Shown: positions 1 through 13,940, counted from the stretch's first letter. The stretch is DNA of 64,000 bases from Sphagnum compactum (GCA_965153455.1 OZ234493.1:18652213-18716212); one strand, 5' to 3'. Made by a program: numbers and translations. The notes: generated from the sequence alone by a model not told the origin.

Positions 1-237
1 TTAAAATACAGAAGAATTCTTGGGGGGGTACAATGACTTGCAAATAGAGTATTTAAATGCCAAATCTCTGGTATGTCTAGCCTTGACTTGGCAAGGATGC
101 ACCCCACCCATCCCAATGAGTTGCAGGAGAGTGGCACTAGGGCAGTAAGACTTTGTGGTTTGTTGTCACCAAGCAGTGGTCCCTATGAACTCTGGTTATT
201 TGAATGATGAGCTTTTCTGGTGCTGGTGGATGGGTAG

Positions 238-918
238 ATGGTCATTCAACTACTTCTTCTACAATAAGAAGATGAAGCGAATACTGTATTTCAGCTCACG
301 ATGCCTGAGGTAATCACTTTTGCTTTTGTTCAACTCTCTTCAACGTCACCTTGGTGGTAGGGATGCCCATTGCATAGTGATAATTTAACTGGACACCCAT
401 GAGTATTTTGTGTCAGTCTAAATGAAGACTAGAGGTGTTACTCATAATTTTTCAATTGTTATAAAATACTAGCTGACATCCTGCAAAGTCTGGAGAGAAC
501 AGGCTATGCTTATAGAGTTTGCAAGAACCTGACAGAAGTGGGTGACATGGCCACTTCTTCCTGCCAGAAAGCCATGACAAACTTTTCAAAGGCTGCTGGA
601 GACATCCACTTCTAGTTCTGCAGGGCCCTTCGATAGCTATTGATTGTTCCAGCACAGAGACATGGGAATTTGAAGTCCAGTGGTGCAGATTTAATCTCCC
701 TAGGGTATCTACATGTCCAAAGGAAGACAAGCAGCATTGTAGGAAGACAGATCTGTGAAACAAAATTAGTAAAGAGTTTTGAACCTAATTGCAGGGGGAT
801 TAATAATTCTATTGTTATTTTTGGTTGCAGTAAGATGTCCAGTGAAGAGTCTTCAAGTGACGATGGTACCAATGAATGGGGGCTGGACTTTGTGGAGGGC
901 ATGGATCTTGAAGACTAG
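238..918 (+). CDS. MAF1: MAF1, repressor of RNA polymerase III (last two exons 238-309 and 831-918; 5' part lies outside the window)
   Basis: Spliced translation ..WSFNYFFYNKKMKRILYFSSRCLS|KMSSEESSSDDGTNEWGLDFVEGMDLED* contains the MAF1 box-C motif WSFNxFFYNxKxKR followed by an acidic tail. Junctions: AG at 236-237, GT at 310-311, AG at 829-830. Confidence 0.88.
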
Positions 919-1789
919 AATTTCCTTGTCCTGTGCAAATGTGTGCTTTACACATTACTGTACATTGTGCCACGGAGCCTGTAACCATTATATTGTATAT
1001 GTAGGCTATAAACGTTTGTAGATTAGAAGATCATATGTGTCAGAAAAATCTCCAACAGGCATGCAGGCCTCTCTCAAGCGCGGAGCTCTTTGCACTGGCA
1101 GCTCAAACATTCACAAGAACATTCCAGGTGTTGTGCATATTCCTTTGCTTTGAATGCAAGAAAAGAGCCAGCAACTTTTTTGTGTCTTCTTTTCATACGT
1201 TAGTCAGTAGAGAGAGCACAGCAAGAGGAGAGTGCGAGCGAACTTTCTGTTCATGTCTTCTTATATGTCAAGTAGTAGAGATGGAAACTCTTGGTAGTTT
1301 GAGTTTTCTTGTCTTACAATATAAGCTTTTGTAATATTGTTGATCAAATATCCATTTTTTTGAGAAAGATGGGTGTGTTCTCAAGGGCGATGACATCCCA
1401 CAGAGAGGCCCTTGTCAAGCAGTGCTCTTCCTCCTTGCTAAGAGTCACCACCTGTTTCTTCAAAATCAAGTCAGTTGGATGATGTGCACTCTCCATAGCC
1501 ATTGACATAAGGTGTTGGTTACAGTACTCACCAAAGATGGAGAACTCAAAACTTAAATTGTGGACACTCTTGAGCATTGCATCCAAGAGCTCTTTTGTTC
1601 CATGGGGCCAGATTAGCCTGATCACTCAGCAGCCTCTGCCTAATCCATCCTCTCCTCTCTGCTTAGAAGTATTCTGGTCTCTCTGGAGAGAGCTTTGTTA
1701 GTTCTGTCAATGATGCTTCTCCAACCATTGTTGCATTCCATTTTGCCTCTTCAAGCATTTTCAGCAGTGATGTGAAATGTTGGTTCCAT

Positions 1790-2285
1790 TGGGAAAGTTT
1801 CTCAAGCTTTTTGTTCAGGATTGAGTCATTTGGCAAAGTTTCTTGGTCTTTTGTGTTTGGGACTCACTTGTTAAAGTTTCTCGAGCTTTTTGTACGAGAC
1901 TCATTTTGCAAATTTTTTGAAGTTTTTGTTCAGGAGTCATTTGGCAAATTTCTCCAACTTTTGTTCAGGACTTGTTTTTGCAAAGTTTCTCAAGCTTTTT
2001 ATGTTCAGGACTCATTTGGCAAAGTTTCTCTTAAGCTTTTGTTCACGACTCATTTTGCTAAGTTTTTTGAGCTTTTGGTTCAAGACTCATTTGGCAAAGT
2101 TTCTCAAGCTTTTGTTCAGGACTCATTTTGCAAAGTTTCTCAAGCTTTTTGTTCAGTTCTGATTTCGCAAAGTTCTTCAAGCTTTATGTTCACGACTGAT
2201 TTGGCAAAGTTCTTCAAGCTTTTTGTTCAAGACTGATTTGGCAAATTTCTTGAAGCTATTCGTTCACTGACTGATTTGGCAAATG
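1790..2285. repeat. Minisatellite, about 13-14 copies of a 36-39 bp unit (TTTTGTTCAGGACTCATTTGGCAAAGTTTCTCAAGCT)
   Basis: The unit recurs directly in the sequence and explains the repetitive ORFs 1772..2236 and 1890..2162. Confidence 0.92.
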
Positions 2286-3123
2286 GTAGTATCATCCCCA
2301 CTGCATGAGAGAAGAAATTCAAGCATCATCATCCACTTTTGCAAAAAACTCCACAACTAGTCCCTCCATTCGAAAACATCTTCAGAACCTTTAAGAGCTG
2401 AAGAAAATTCTCTGTATGTGTGAAGTTTTTCGCTTTGTTCAAAACCCTTTTCGATCAACGTGCATTTCGATCGAATGGGCTTCATGACAGTCTTGGGAAT
2501 CATACTTGTATAGAAGCGAAGAAGCCGAACGCCATCATCGATTTCAGTCTCATCAGATTCTCTTCCTGCTCATCTTCAGCGAGCTTCAAATTCCAGTCGA
2601 CGAAGACGACCAAAATCGCCGGATTCCAAAAAACTGCAGAAGAGGAAGACCGAGACCCTAATGCGCTGCTTCTCTAGAAATCGTAGAAGTGCTCAGGATG
2701 ATGTCAAGATCCAAGAATGCCTACACGATCTAGAACGGTCACAAGCTGCACGCTCATTTGCCTGGTGCCATTCCCATAGGAGAAAGGCGCCGAACGAACG
2801 AGCCAGAGAGCGATTAGGGTTTCGAGCGCACGAGCAGCGAGCAGCGTCGTCGTCGTCTTTTTGTTTTCCTCCCATCTTGTCTGAAGCCGCGCAACAGGAA
2901 CTTCGGCACTCAGTAGCCACTTCTTCTCTTTGCTGGTCGCAGCTCGATGAAGCTTTTGTGGAGGAGAAGTCGAAGAGTCTTGAAGAGCTGACATAGAGAA
3001 GTTTCAGGACTTAGAGAAGTTCTTTTTTGTTTTTTTTTGCAGCGAGAGAAGAACAGCAGCTGAAGGGAACTTAGGGAAATTCTGTCTCGAGTTCGTCCGT
3101 CGTCGTCATCTGGGAGAGAAAAG

Positions 3124-6100
3124 ATGGTGAGATTGACAGCAGATTTGATTCTACGTTCGCCTCAATACTTCAATGCTGTGCGAGAACGCGAGATTGACCT
3201 GCGCGGTGAGTTATTCCCTTTCTCTGGAGCTTTTTGCATTTGTGTATACTGTCCTTGAAGAATGCAGGTATGAGAAGTTTAGTTACGAAATCCTTGCGAG
3301 TTTCTTTGTCGGCTCTCTGAGAGTCATGGTTAGGGTTACAAGCTCTCGACAGGACGAACATCGACGACTACGCATCAGAGACGATGCAACAACTGTATTC
3401 ATGCAGGCTTCTGTCCACTGTGCTGCAAAGCTGCAAGGAATGATGCAATGTTGGCCTCATAGTTATGCTTCCAGATTGTCCTCAGAGTGTTGTGTGCACA
3501 AAAACAATCACACTTTGCAAATTTCGCCATCCATCATCGCACCCATAGCAAGGGTCTGTAGTGCAGTATACCAAGGAGGGAAATTTCTGTAGGATAGTAT
3601 TACCATCTGGAGCTCTTATGAAGGTGATGATTTGCTAAGAAATTTTGTGATAGTGAAACAGGCAACAAGATTGCAGCAGTTGAGAATCTTGGTGCAACGG
3701 AGGTATGTAGATCTGTTCCTTCTGATTTCGACCTTTCAGCAGACTGGATTTTAGATTGCTCTCATCCTTGACACATGCCCTGTATGCACTTGTGTTTTGA
3801 GCACAAGGTTGAGTTCATGTGTCATTTGAACTTTGCTGAAATTCTTACAGTGCATCCTTGGGGCAATTTCAGAGTCACAGATACATACAGTGCTGACTGA
3901 GAGATGAGATGGGAAGGATCGCAATGACTGTTTCAGAAGTTTGAATGTCCAGACTGAGTCATTTGTTCTGTTGGGATTCTCTTTTGTGTTTCACAGGACC
4001 AGTATGACTCCATTGATATTTCTGACAATGAAATAGTGAAGCTGGAGAACTTCCCGTATCTGAAACGACTCACCACTCTCCTTGTCAACAACAATAGAAT
4101 AGCTCGCATCAGCCCCAGTCTTGGAGGTAAACTCTCTTTCTTTTTCCTCTTTGATTCTTGAACTTATGACAAACCTCACCAGTCTTATTTTCCTTAGCTA
4201 CCTCTGATGTAGGAATGACAGAATCCCTGGTGGAGAGCATGCTGCTCAGTTTTCAGCAGCATATCTGATCACCACAGTTATGAGTTTTGCTAGCATGTGC
4301 CATGAATGCCAGATTGCAGATGTGGATAAGTTACCAGAGGTTTTGATAAGACCATAAATCTTTTGATGGTAGCCATGATTTTCTGAGACAATGTGACCAA
4401 TTTGGTTTAACAGATACCCTGACACCAAGATTGGATTTTCTGACTTCTCTGTATTAAGCTGCAAAGTACCCCGCAGCAAGTGCTAGTTGGCTGCTGAGGG
4501 TGCCTGTCACAGTCTGTTTTGCATCCTGCTGAACACCAATACTGACAATGTGGAGGGACAAACATTTTTCTGGACTTAATTTGCAGGATAGCTGTCCCAG
4601 ACCTGCAATAGGGAAAATGACCTTATATCTTAACCTTGGTAAATTTTGTAGAACACGGGCTAACAACATCTCCTTCTCTTTTAGGTTTTGTTGAGCTAGT
4701 CAGCATTGTGGGTCATCCTGCTACTGCTAGTCTTATGACATAATCTTGTCATTTTGTTAATACACAAGATTAACCTCCACTAACTGCTGAGAGCTAATGA
4801 CGGCAGTGGGGATGTTATGGTAGCTGGTCACCACCATACATGTTGCCTTTGAAGACCTCTGAATGTGTGTGTGGCTGTCACTCCTGTTCTCAGCTTTGTT
4901 TTTGTGTTCCTTGTTCTTTAGGGTTTGGTTTCCTCTTTTTCCTGTTTGCTGGTGTGTTGTCAGATTTGAAATCTATGATCATATTGTCATCTCATTTCTC
5001 AATTTTATTCAGGTTCATGTAAATCATAAGTAATGACTAGTTAAGGTAGATACTATCCAGTCTTGGAGCCTGATTTAAGTCTATCTGGGTGCTGAATTTG
5101 AAAATTAGAGAACTTCTGGATTCAAAGGCTTAGACCCTGAACCCTTGAACTTCCATGTTCCCCAGTTGGAGAGGTTTGGTGAGGTGTCTGCAATCCCAGA
5201 AAATTGTGCACACTCAAATGTGTTAAATGCTACACAATGAAATTTGATTTTCACTCTGTTGGTAGCTTTGGCATATGTAGCATGCTTGCCATTATTTGTA
5301 GGGCTATTTGCTTAAGATCCAATGTGAATGTGTGATTTGAAAACCAAATTGTTGAGGATTATTCAAAGAATCCAAACCTGTGTTCCCTCAAAGAATTTCC
5401 AGCACCTCAGTGATGCCGTCAAAATGTGATCGATTGCATGAGGAAAAATGAGGGTGAGGTTTGTAAGAGTTGTTTGTTGATGGGAGGTTGAGAGACTGTG
5501 GTGCTGCAGCAGCATTGCCGAAGCTCGAGACGCTGGTGCTTACAAACAACCGACTAGTGAACCTGGTGGACCTTGATCCCCTTGGGATGCTTGTGAATTT
5601 GCAGACGTTGTGCCTCCTTGATAACCTCGTTACAAAGAAACCACAATATCGATTCTACCTCATCAACAAGCTTCCCAAGCTTCGCCTTCTTGACTTCAAG
5701 AAAGTGAAGCTGAAGGTATGAACTTGCTTGTTTTTCTTCCTTTTGGATCAGTTCCTGGGTTGAGAGTTCAAGGTTTAGGTATCCAATCTGTGTATGCCAT
5801 CTGAGAACAGAGATTTAAGATACAGTGGTGAGGGTTGATTTGTGGAAGAGTACTAGGGAAAATTTAATGTGAATGCTATTCAGTGTGCTAATGTAATGCT
5901 TCATTCAGCTGGAGAGCTCTATTCCTATGTTAGCACTCCCTGTTGCGTCTGGGGACCATCAATTTGCCTTGAAAGCTTCAGCTGAGAGACAATGTGGTGT
6001 ATCTTAGGAGGATGTAGAAGTTATGAACTCGGTATCCCCTACTGGTGGAGGCCTTCAAAAATTCCCATATTTGCAAGCTCAAGTGAGGGGCTCAACTTCT

Positions 6101-7304
6101 TCACACCATTGTCTGAGAATCAATTGTGACTGCAGGAAAGGCAAGAGGCCAACCGGCAGTTTGGGATGCCTGAAAAGGAGAATGCTGCCCCTTCTCCACC
6201 CCCAGCCAAAACCTTTGTGCCTGGTGAAGTTGTGGTGGAAGCTAGTCCTGTCCAACCAGAGGAGCCTTCCAGCAAAGGACCCACTCCACAGCAAATCCTC
6301 GCAATTAAGGTTTTATTCTGTCCCACCAACTTGTAGGGTAACATGTCATGCATCCAGACAAGCATACCAAGATAGGAATCACTAAGAATGAGAATGAGAT
6401 TTAATGCAGAATTGATGTCTTTAGCCAGAAACCTGAGAAGCTTCAAGCAGGCAGGCATCTGCAAGAACAAAACAGTGAGTCACAAATCATATGTCCTGCT
6501 AAAGGGCAAGGTGCAACCATTTCATGCAGGAGGTTAACAGGTGTTTAGTGTTTGCTCTGGTTAATGCAGAAGTATCAATGGTCTACAGGGCATGCATGCT
6601 GAATCATTGGTGGTTCCAGGATTCCTGAAAGTGGTGTATCTTGTCCTCCCTCAAACTTCTCTAGTGCCTGTAACTAATCAAGCAAATTCTTTCTTGTGCA
6701 GGCTGCTATTGCAAACTCCCAAACTCTTGAAGAAGTTGCCAGGCTTGAAAAGGTGATGCATAATATTTGTCTTTCCCTTTGGCCATGACAATGTCAGATT
6801 CTGTCTGCAGAATTTTTGGCTGCTTTGAAGATGCCCTGTACACTCATTTTGCATGCTATACCTGCATGTACAGGCATAACTGTTTTGTGTTTCCTTTGCA
6901 CCATGTCTTGCTTGCTGGAGACATAACGTTGTAAGGAATTTTGTTTGTATTCAGAAGTTTACAAAATAATATCAACATTTGTTTTAACCTTGACACCTGG
7001 TCCTCAAAATGAGTGTTTGACAGATATGTGACAAAATCTAGACCTCTGGATGCTTTTGTTTTCCCAGTATGCTGGATGTCCTTCAATCCACATCAATTGA
7101 GCCCTGTAAGGGATTTTGGATGTGATTTTTAATGTAGTGTTTAACAAAGGAGTTTGGTTGCAGGCTCTGAAATCTGGGGAGTTACTGGCAGACTTAAAAC
7201 AGACCAGAAATGAAGAAGTGCAAATTTCTCCACCAGAAATCAATGGTCCTGAGCCAGAGACTGCTGAGGAATCCAATGAGGCCAGTTCAATGGTAGAGGT
7301 GTGA
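3124..7304 (+). CDS. U2A': U2 snRNP protein A' (LRR spliceosomal protein); exons 3124-3205, 3662-3702, 3997-4126, 5510-5715, 6136-6309, 6702-6752, 7164-7304
   Basis: Spliced protein MVRLTADLILRSPQYFNAVREREIDLRGNKIAAVENLGATEDQYDSIDISDNEIVKLENFPYLKRLTTLLVNNNRI...PQYRFYLINKLPKLRLLDFKKVK...AAIANSQTLEEVARLEKALKSG matches the SNRPA1/U2A' family. All junctions are GT-AG and in frame. Confidence 0.96.
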
Positions 7305-8782
7305 CTTCACCTTCCATGATTGGACTAGAGAATCTCTATTTTCTTTGAAAGAGTTGAAAAGCAAGCTCTTGACATGTCAAAGGTGTGAGGAGTGTCTGAG
7401 CTGGTAACATTCACCATGCAATTATCAAAACATGCTGACCAAATTACCGTACAACAGGACTGTAAATTGTGATACATACACCATAGGGCATGTCATATGT
7501 GTTGGCTAGTGGAAAATTGATGGACATGTAAGGACAGTTGTGGGTATTCTTATGTTGTTTTCCTTGATCTAACTGTTTGCCACAACCATTAACAAAGAAT
7601 AGCTTGTTGTTATTTATGCAGGGCTAAGGACTTGCAGTCGCTTGATGTGTAGAGCGGGAAGGCATGAAATTCTTGTGCGTGGCTGAGCGTACTGTGTTAT
7701 GTAGTTCCATAGGTGAGTCAACTCTCTTGGAGATTTTACAGAACATTCGTAGCTACAGCTCAATAGACATGTGGTAAATGGTTGGGCAACATGCAGACTG
7801 GCATACCAGAAAGTTTTTGGTAGAATTCAGTTGTTGTGCTCATGATTGTTCACACTCAGTAATGCACTATACTAGTCACAGGGGGAGGATACTGTGAGAA
7901 CAGATGAATGCAAGCTTTTGTGCTTCACTTTTATCTTTAGTTTAGAGTTCAAAGGGAGTGTGAAGTGCAGTGCAGGATGACCATCTTATTTTGTCAATAG
8001 GTAGCACGATCCCATTAGTTTTCTATGGGAAGTCAAGATTGAACACAAAGAAGGCACATCAGAATCTTCAGCCTTCCAGTTTTGTATGATTTGAGGATAT
8101 GAGTGGATTTGTGTTGAAAGTGTCTTTATGACTACTGTCCCCCTTGCAGATGCTGTTACTCACCAGTAGTTTTGCTTCTTCTTCTTCTCTTTCTGGTTTT
8201 GTTTGCTCATTATGTCAATTTGAAGTTCGCATATATGTGAGAAGGTTTAGGTATCACAACCGCAAATGTCAGAAGTTATGTAGGGGTTGGTTGGCTTAGA
8301 TTTACAGTATATTAATTAGGAATTTGTTTGAATTTCTATAAATTTGTTCCCATTTGTGCACTCTATGGTATGCATGAGTATCCTCCATAGTTACTATGGA
8401 ACCCTTACCATTCAATCCTTATTGTCATTGGGTTGTACATATCTGTGATTCTGCAGTGTGTTTTTGGGGCGCTCTGTGTTGCTCCTCCTTCGTTAATTTG
8501 TAAGTCCTTATCTGGAAGTCTTTCTTTGACATTGTGGAAAAGTTTTAACCTTGTGCAGGTTGTCTTAATTGTGGAGATTTCTCAATTCTCATGAGAGTTA
8601 TTTGTTTTCTTTATACATATTTCTAAATTGAAGTTTATGAAGAATAATTGTGTTTAAAGTTGTTGAAATGTAAAAGCCGACCAGTTTTTTTTAATTGACA
8701 ATATTATATATTGTATAGGTGTATTGAACATGTATTGAACATATATTGTTTGTTCCTTAAGCAAATGAGATGCTCAGCAAAG

Positions 8783-9410
8783 CCCCATTACCAAAAAGAA
8801 TTTCATAATAAATCTACTTAAAATATGTTAAGGATGCGACAATAATGAATTCATCCATCTACATACACAGTGCATTCATCCATTATACCCATTTCCAAAA
8901 GACTTTCATAATCAATCTACTTAATGTATGTTCTGGATGAATAGTAGACAATGATGAATTCATCCATCATACATATCCCAATATGTCCATTTCCAAAAAA
9001 CTTTCATAATCAATCTACCTAAAATATGTTATGGATGAATAATACACAACGATGAATTCATCCGTCAGTCATATACAATTCACCATTATGCCAATTTCCA
9101 AAAAAACTTTCAAAATCAATCTACTTAAAAGTATGTTAAGGATGAATAATGGACAATGACGAATTCATCCATCATACATATGCAATAGACCTTTAGGCCC
9201 GTTGGCAAAAGGCATTCATATTCAATCTACTTAAAATACGTTATGGATGAATATATAGTGAATTCATCCATCATACATATACAAAATGGACCATTAAGCC
9301 CATTACCCAGAAAACATTCATACCTAATCAATCTACTTCAAATATATTGCGGATGAATATTATACAATGATGATTTCATCCAATCACACATAGGTTTACA
9401 GTGGACCATT
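8783..9410. repeat. Tandem array of about 6 copies of a 100-106 bp unit, most carrying an internal GGATGAAT...ATTCATCC inverted repeat
   Basis: The anchor (C)AATCTAC(T/C)T recurs at about 8811, 8913, 9011, 9117, 9223 and 9329. Confidence 0.9.
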
Positions 9411-9691
9411 ACTGAGAGATAATCTGCCCTGCCCTTCCCTGCCCGGTGGCTGCCCCCAACTGGATGGGACCTGACCGACATTCTTGTCACCTCAGGCCAT
9501 TCTTGTCATCTCATTTGAGACGTGGATCTAGGGCTTGGTGATGGGGACATTAGGGCAGAGGATAGAGACGTGTTCTGCAATGCATTTTTCTCTTTCCCCT
9601 CAGTCTCTTCCCGAAATCCGACACAATCTGCACGCATTTCTTGCAAACAAATTTGAGAGATCAGGTGTACATCTGGGAGCAGCTCATCATC

Positions 9692-12600
9692 ATGTTTTTA
9701 ACAAGGTATTCATTTTCAAGCTTCTTGATGTTCTCCTCTTTTTCTTTTTTCCTTCTCTCTTGTCCCTTTTTCTTGTCACTGCGTTGGTTCTGGACTCATG
9801 GATGTGTAGGGAGTTTTACTAGACCTCTGGAGCAGGAGATGTGGTTCATGGGTGGAAACATGGGATGATTGTGTGTGTGTGTGTGTGTGTGTGGGTGTGT
9901 GTGCAGGAGTGAGTATGACAGAGGTGTCAATACATTCTCTCCAGAGGGTCGTCTCTTTCAAGTGGAGTACGCCATTGAAGCCATCAAGGTTAGTGCAAAT
10001 TCTTCACCTTCATTTAGAAAGATAATTGGTTGAATCTCCGCAGTTTTTCAATTTAAGATTGCATGCACCTCGTCACACTTTTTAACCTTGTCAGTATATA
10101 GAAAAGGGTTATAGTATTAGTGTACTAATAATATACAGAGGGTGTTGAATAGGCTTTTATGTAGGTGTGCAAGAAAATTTTTTATAGCCAATGAAATTGC
10201 TGGACTTGGTGATCCTGAAGTTTTATTTATTTATAGTTATCTTGTGTGAACTAACAATTAAATATGTAATAGGGTTGGGTAGGTTTGTGAAAATATTAGA
10301 GACCAATTGAAATGGTAGAAAGGGACCATTCTTTTCAATGTTCAGCAGAATATGGTTGTGTGTATGTGTCAAGATCTTTTTTTTTCCAGACCAATGGGAT
10401 TGCCGGATTTGATGGTCTTAATTTTTTTTCTTAGTTATCTTGATTGAAGTAACAGTTCAATGTGTAATAGCTGTTTACAGACAGGGTTCTCTCACATTAC
10501 TTGTGCACTTTTTTTTCTTTCTAATCTCAAAGTTTTGTAGCTGGCCTGCATTTTCATTTCTAACTGCCTCTTTTTTGGTTGTATGTTATTGTGGATGATT
10601 TACAGCTAGGGTCAACGGCAGTAGGGTTGAAGACCAAGCAGGGTGTGGTTCTTGCAGTTGAGAAGCGAATAACTTCGCCTTTATTGGTAGGTTGGTTTCC
10701 ACTCTGAGGTGCTTTCGCAAATTCAGAAATGACACCTTTTCCTTGTTCTTGTTTCTAACTCATGGTTTCAATGTGTAATTCTTCTTTTGGGCTTTCACAG
10801 GAACCCAGCAGCGTGGAGAAAATTATGGAGATAGATGAGCACATTGGATGTGCCATGAGTGGTCTAACTGCAGATGCACGGACCCTTGTGGAACATGGTC
10901 GTGTTGAGACTCAGGTTGTCATCTTCCTGGTCCATTCTTATTTACCCACACTTAAGTGTGAAAGTCATGATGTATTTCCACTTACAAGAGTTTTGAGATT
11001 TGATCCAATTTGGGTCATTGAGTCCAAAAGTGATCTAAAATGGTTAAGAGATATGTCATGTGCCATGGTCAGTGTGCAGCACTCTGCAATTTTTGCTTTA
11101 TGCATCTTGAATCTTCTCCAGCCATAAACCCTAATATGGTTCAGGAATTCAATCTGGAGTTTCTAGATGTAAGATAGCAGAACCATTGCTGTCTAAATTG
11201 AAGACATTAATATGCTGCTGCCAAACATTATTATGCTTGTACATTGTATGTTTCTTCTGACTCTTTTCTTGGTTGCACCATAGCTGTCATGGGTTCTGTC
11301 TATGTCTGGCCCTTCTGTCATCACAAGGGAAATGGGGTTTAGGTCACACTAAAGCAAGGTATCCATCTCATGAACTAGACTTAGGCTCTTTTTCTTTCTC
11401 TGGACTGTTGCAGAATCACAGATTCTCTTACAATGAGCCTATGAGTGTGGAGTCAACAACACAAGCTCTGTGTGATTTGGCTCTTCGCTTCGGAGAGGGT
11501 GACGAGGAATCTATGGTTTGGGCTCTTCCACTACTCTGTTTACCTGTTTTATTGCCATGTGGATGGAGAGACTAAAAGTTGTAGCTGTAGGCTCAATTTT
11601 ATGCTTGATGCTTTGTTTGATTTCAGGATTTTAGACCCCTCAAGGCCCATTATTGCCATTGTTTGGGTCGGTCCTTTAAGGATTATGAGCTTGAGAGTCT
11701 AAATTGAAGGCACATAATATCCCTCTTTTGTTGGTCTGGGTGAGAACCATTGTTGGGCTCATGTAGCATTTGGTTTGACTCATGCTCTTCTTTGCACAGT
11801 CGCGGCCCTTTGGAGTGTCCCTTTTGATTGCTGGCTATGATGATAATGGACCATGCTTGTAAGCTTCCTAACTTTCCTATTGCTGCTCATAACATGGTCG
11901 TTGGGGCATCATGTATGTTATGTTGTACAAATATCTGTACATATTGTGGTGGTTTTATGTGTTACTGTTTAAAGCTTTTTTAGGAGAGGATTTTGTGTTG
12001 CATGTCAATGTTGGTGCATGTTGCCCATTTTGGTTTCCAAGGGTTTTTTTTGGGGTTTTATCCTTTCGGGACTGATGAATGAGGTAAAGATCATGTTGCA
12101 TGTGAGTAGGTATCACACAGATCCATCAGGGACATTTTGGCAGTGCAATGCAAAGGCTATTGGTTCTGGCTCTGAAGGTGCTGATACTGCTCTCCAGGAA
12201 CATTATGAGCCGGTACACACTCCCTTCCAAACATACCCTTATTTTCCTGGAGTCATCAGTGAAATGTCTTTGAAGTTCTAAGTTAACCTCTGAGATGGAT
12301 TTTGCAGTGTCTCAATGAGTATTGTAGGTCTGACCCTTGGAGTATGTAGTAGTCCAGCCATAGAAGAGAGAGAGCTAAATGTTTTGATGGAAAATTGTTT
12401 GTCACAATTTGTCCCAGTACTGTATGTTTGGCAGTACTAAATTTGCCACTTTCTGGATGAATAAATTCCAGAAAGCTTCTGATTATGTGGATTTCCTGGT
12501 GATGTAGAACATGACACTGGAGGAGGCAGAAACACTTGCTCTCTCTACCTTGAAGCAAGTTATGGAGGAGAAGGTAGTAGAAACCACTTTCAGCTAATTG

Positions 12601-12958
12601 TTGTCAATCCTTTGACATGTATCTTTTCTCTTTTGTTCCTTTTTCTGGTTTTTTTCTTATTTGTGAATTGATATTCTGTATTGGACATTGATTGACTCAA
12701 CAGTCTATTGAAGTCTCCAATGCAACTAGAGGGGTTGGAAGATCATGTAAGATAATTTGCTTACATGGTCTTCCAACCCCTGGGTTATTTTTCTGAGGAG
12801 GAAAAATAGAGTGTTGGTGTTGGTGCAACTGAATGATTGAAGGTGCAAACCTCATTATTTTATAGGTGACATCATCAAATGTGGACATAGCAAAAGTTGC
12901 ACCAACTTACCATCTGTACAAACCTGAAGAAGTGGAGGCAGTAATTCAACGACTCTAG
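9692..12958 (+). CDS. PAE: 20S proteasome subunit alpha type-5 (PAE/PSMA5); exons 9692-9705, 9907-9988, 10606-10686, 10801-10914, 11414-11515, 11800-11858, 12110-12212, 12508-12573, 12866-12958
   Basis: Spliced protein [81 protein letters not shown]...[12 protein letters not shown]...[24 protein letters not shown]...[10 protein letters not shown] is a canonical alpha-5 sequence. All junctions are GT-AG. Confidence 0.97.
9870..9903. repeat. (GT)n microsatellite directly upstream of the PAE exon-2 acceptor
   Basis: tgtgtgtgtg...gtgggtgtgtgtgcag|G, seen directly. Confidence 0.9.
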
Positions 12959-13940
12959 AAGCAGTTTCTGTCACTCATTACCATCACCAGGGATTAAGTT
13001 GCAGGTTTCCAAGACTTAATTGATTTTCATTCGGAGCTCTCCTAGATCTTTTTACCTCTAGAGGCTGATTTGCTGGAGTGAGTTAGTCATGTTTTCATAC
13101 CCATCAGAAGGAGCAAGTGTTGACAGTGGGCTACAGTTTAGGGAGCAGCCTGTCCATATGCTCTTTTTATGTTGACAAACTACTCAAGCTGCCATTTTGC
13201 TGCTTTTGTTTTCTAACCTTTTGAGAAGCTGCCATCACTGGCATTCAGCTGGCCTCAATGGACTTTTGAAATTGCTCTTGCAGCTCCAAGCAAAAGTAGT
13301 TTTAAATCAAATGGGTTTCCCCAAAAACTAAAAATCCAAATATGGTGAGAAATTGGACAAAAAATACTATTCAAATTCAGACCAATCAGATTGATACATG
13401 TTACCTCATGTGGTTCCAAGGAATGCCCCATGTGTCTTGTGGGAACATGAGATCTGCATACCCACCTATTTTGGGTACATTTGTAATCTTGTATTTGGAG
13501 GGCACCTCCCAAAAAAATCCTGAAGGGATATTATGGCTACTATTAGGGGTAAGATCCCTCCTTGTCTTAAGGAATGACTTACATGGAAGAATCCTCCCCC
13601 TCCTACATTTTGCGATATACAAACGTGTAAGTCCCTTACAACCATTGCATTGTGCTTTATTATGGGTGACAGGACTTGGCTACCACCCGGTTCCAGGCCC
13701 CTTACTTTGAGTTAATATATATTTACCATACGTCATGAGTAGGTCCCTTAAAAATACTCAAAATTACATGACTATTCAATGAAGCAATTCCTTGTTACAA
13801 AAAATAACCCATCACTCCCTAATGCTCAAAATTGGATTTGTTCAACAATTCAGAGGTTTTCATTTGTAATTGATGTCATACAAAGTAACTAGCTGAACTA
13901 AGTTATGTATCATCGAGCAAGAACATAATAATGACCAGTA

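Noticed and set aside
1772-2236. Repetitive ORFs (154 and 90 aa)
   Set aside because: They are by-products of the 37-bp minisatellite, and unit lengths are not consistently multiples of three.
8783-9410. CRISPR-like array of palindromic repeats
   Set aside because: The sequences between palindromes are homologous to each other rather than unique spacers, there are no cas genes, and the context is eukaryotic.
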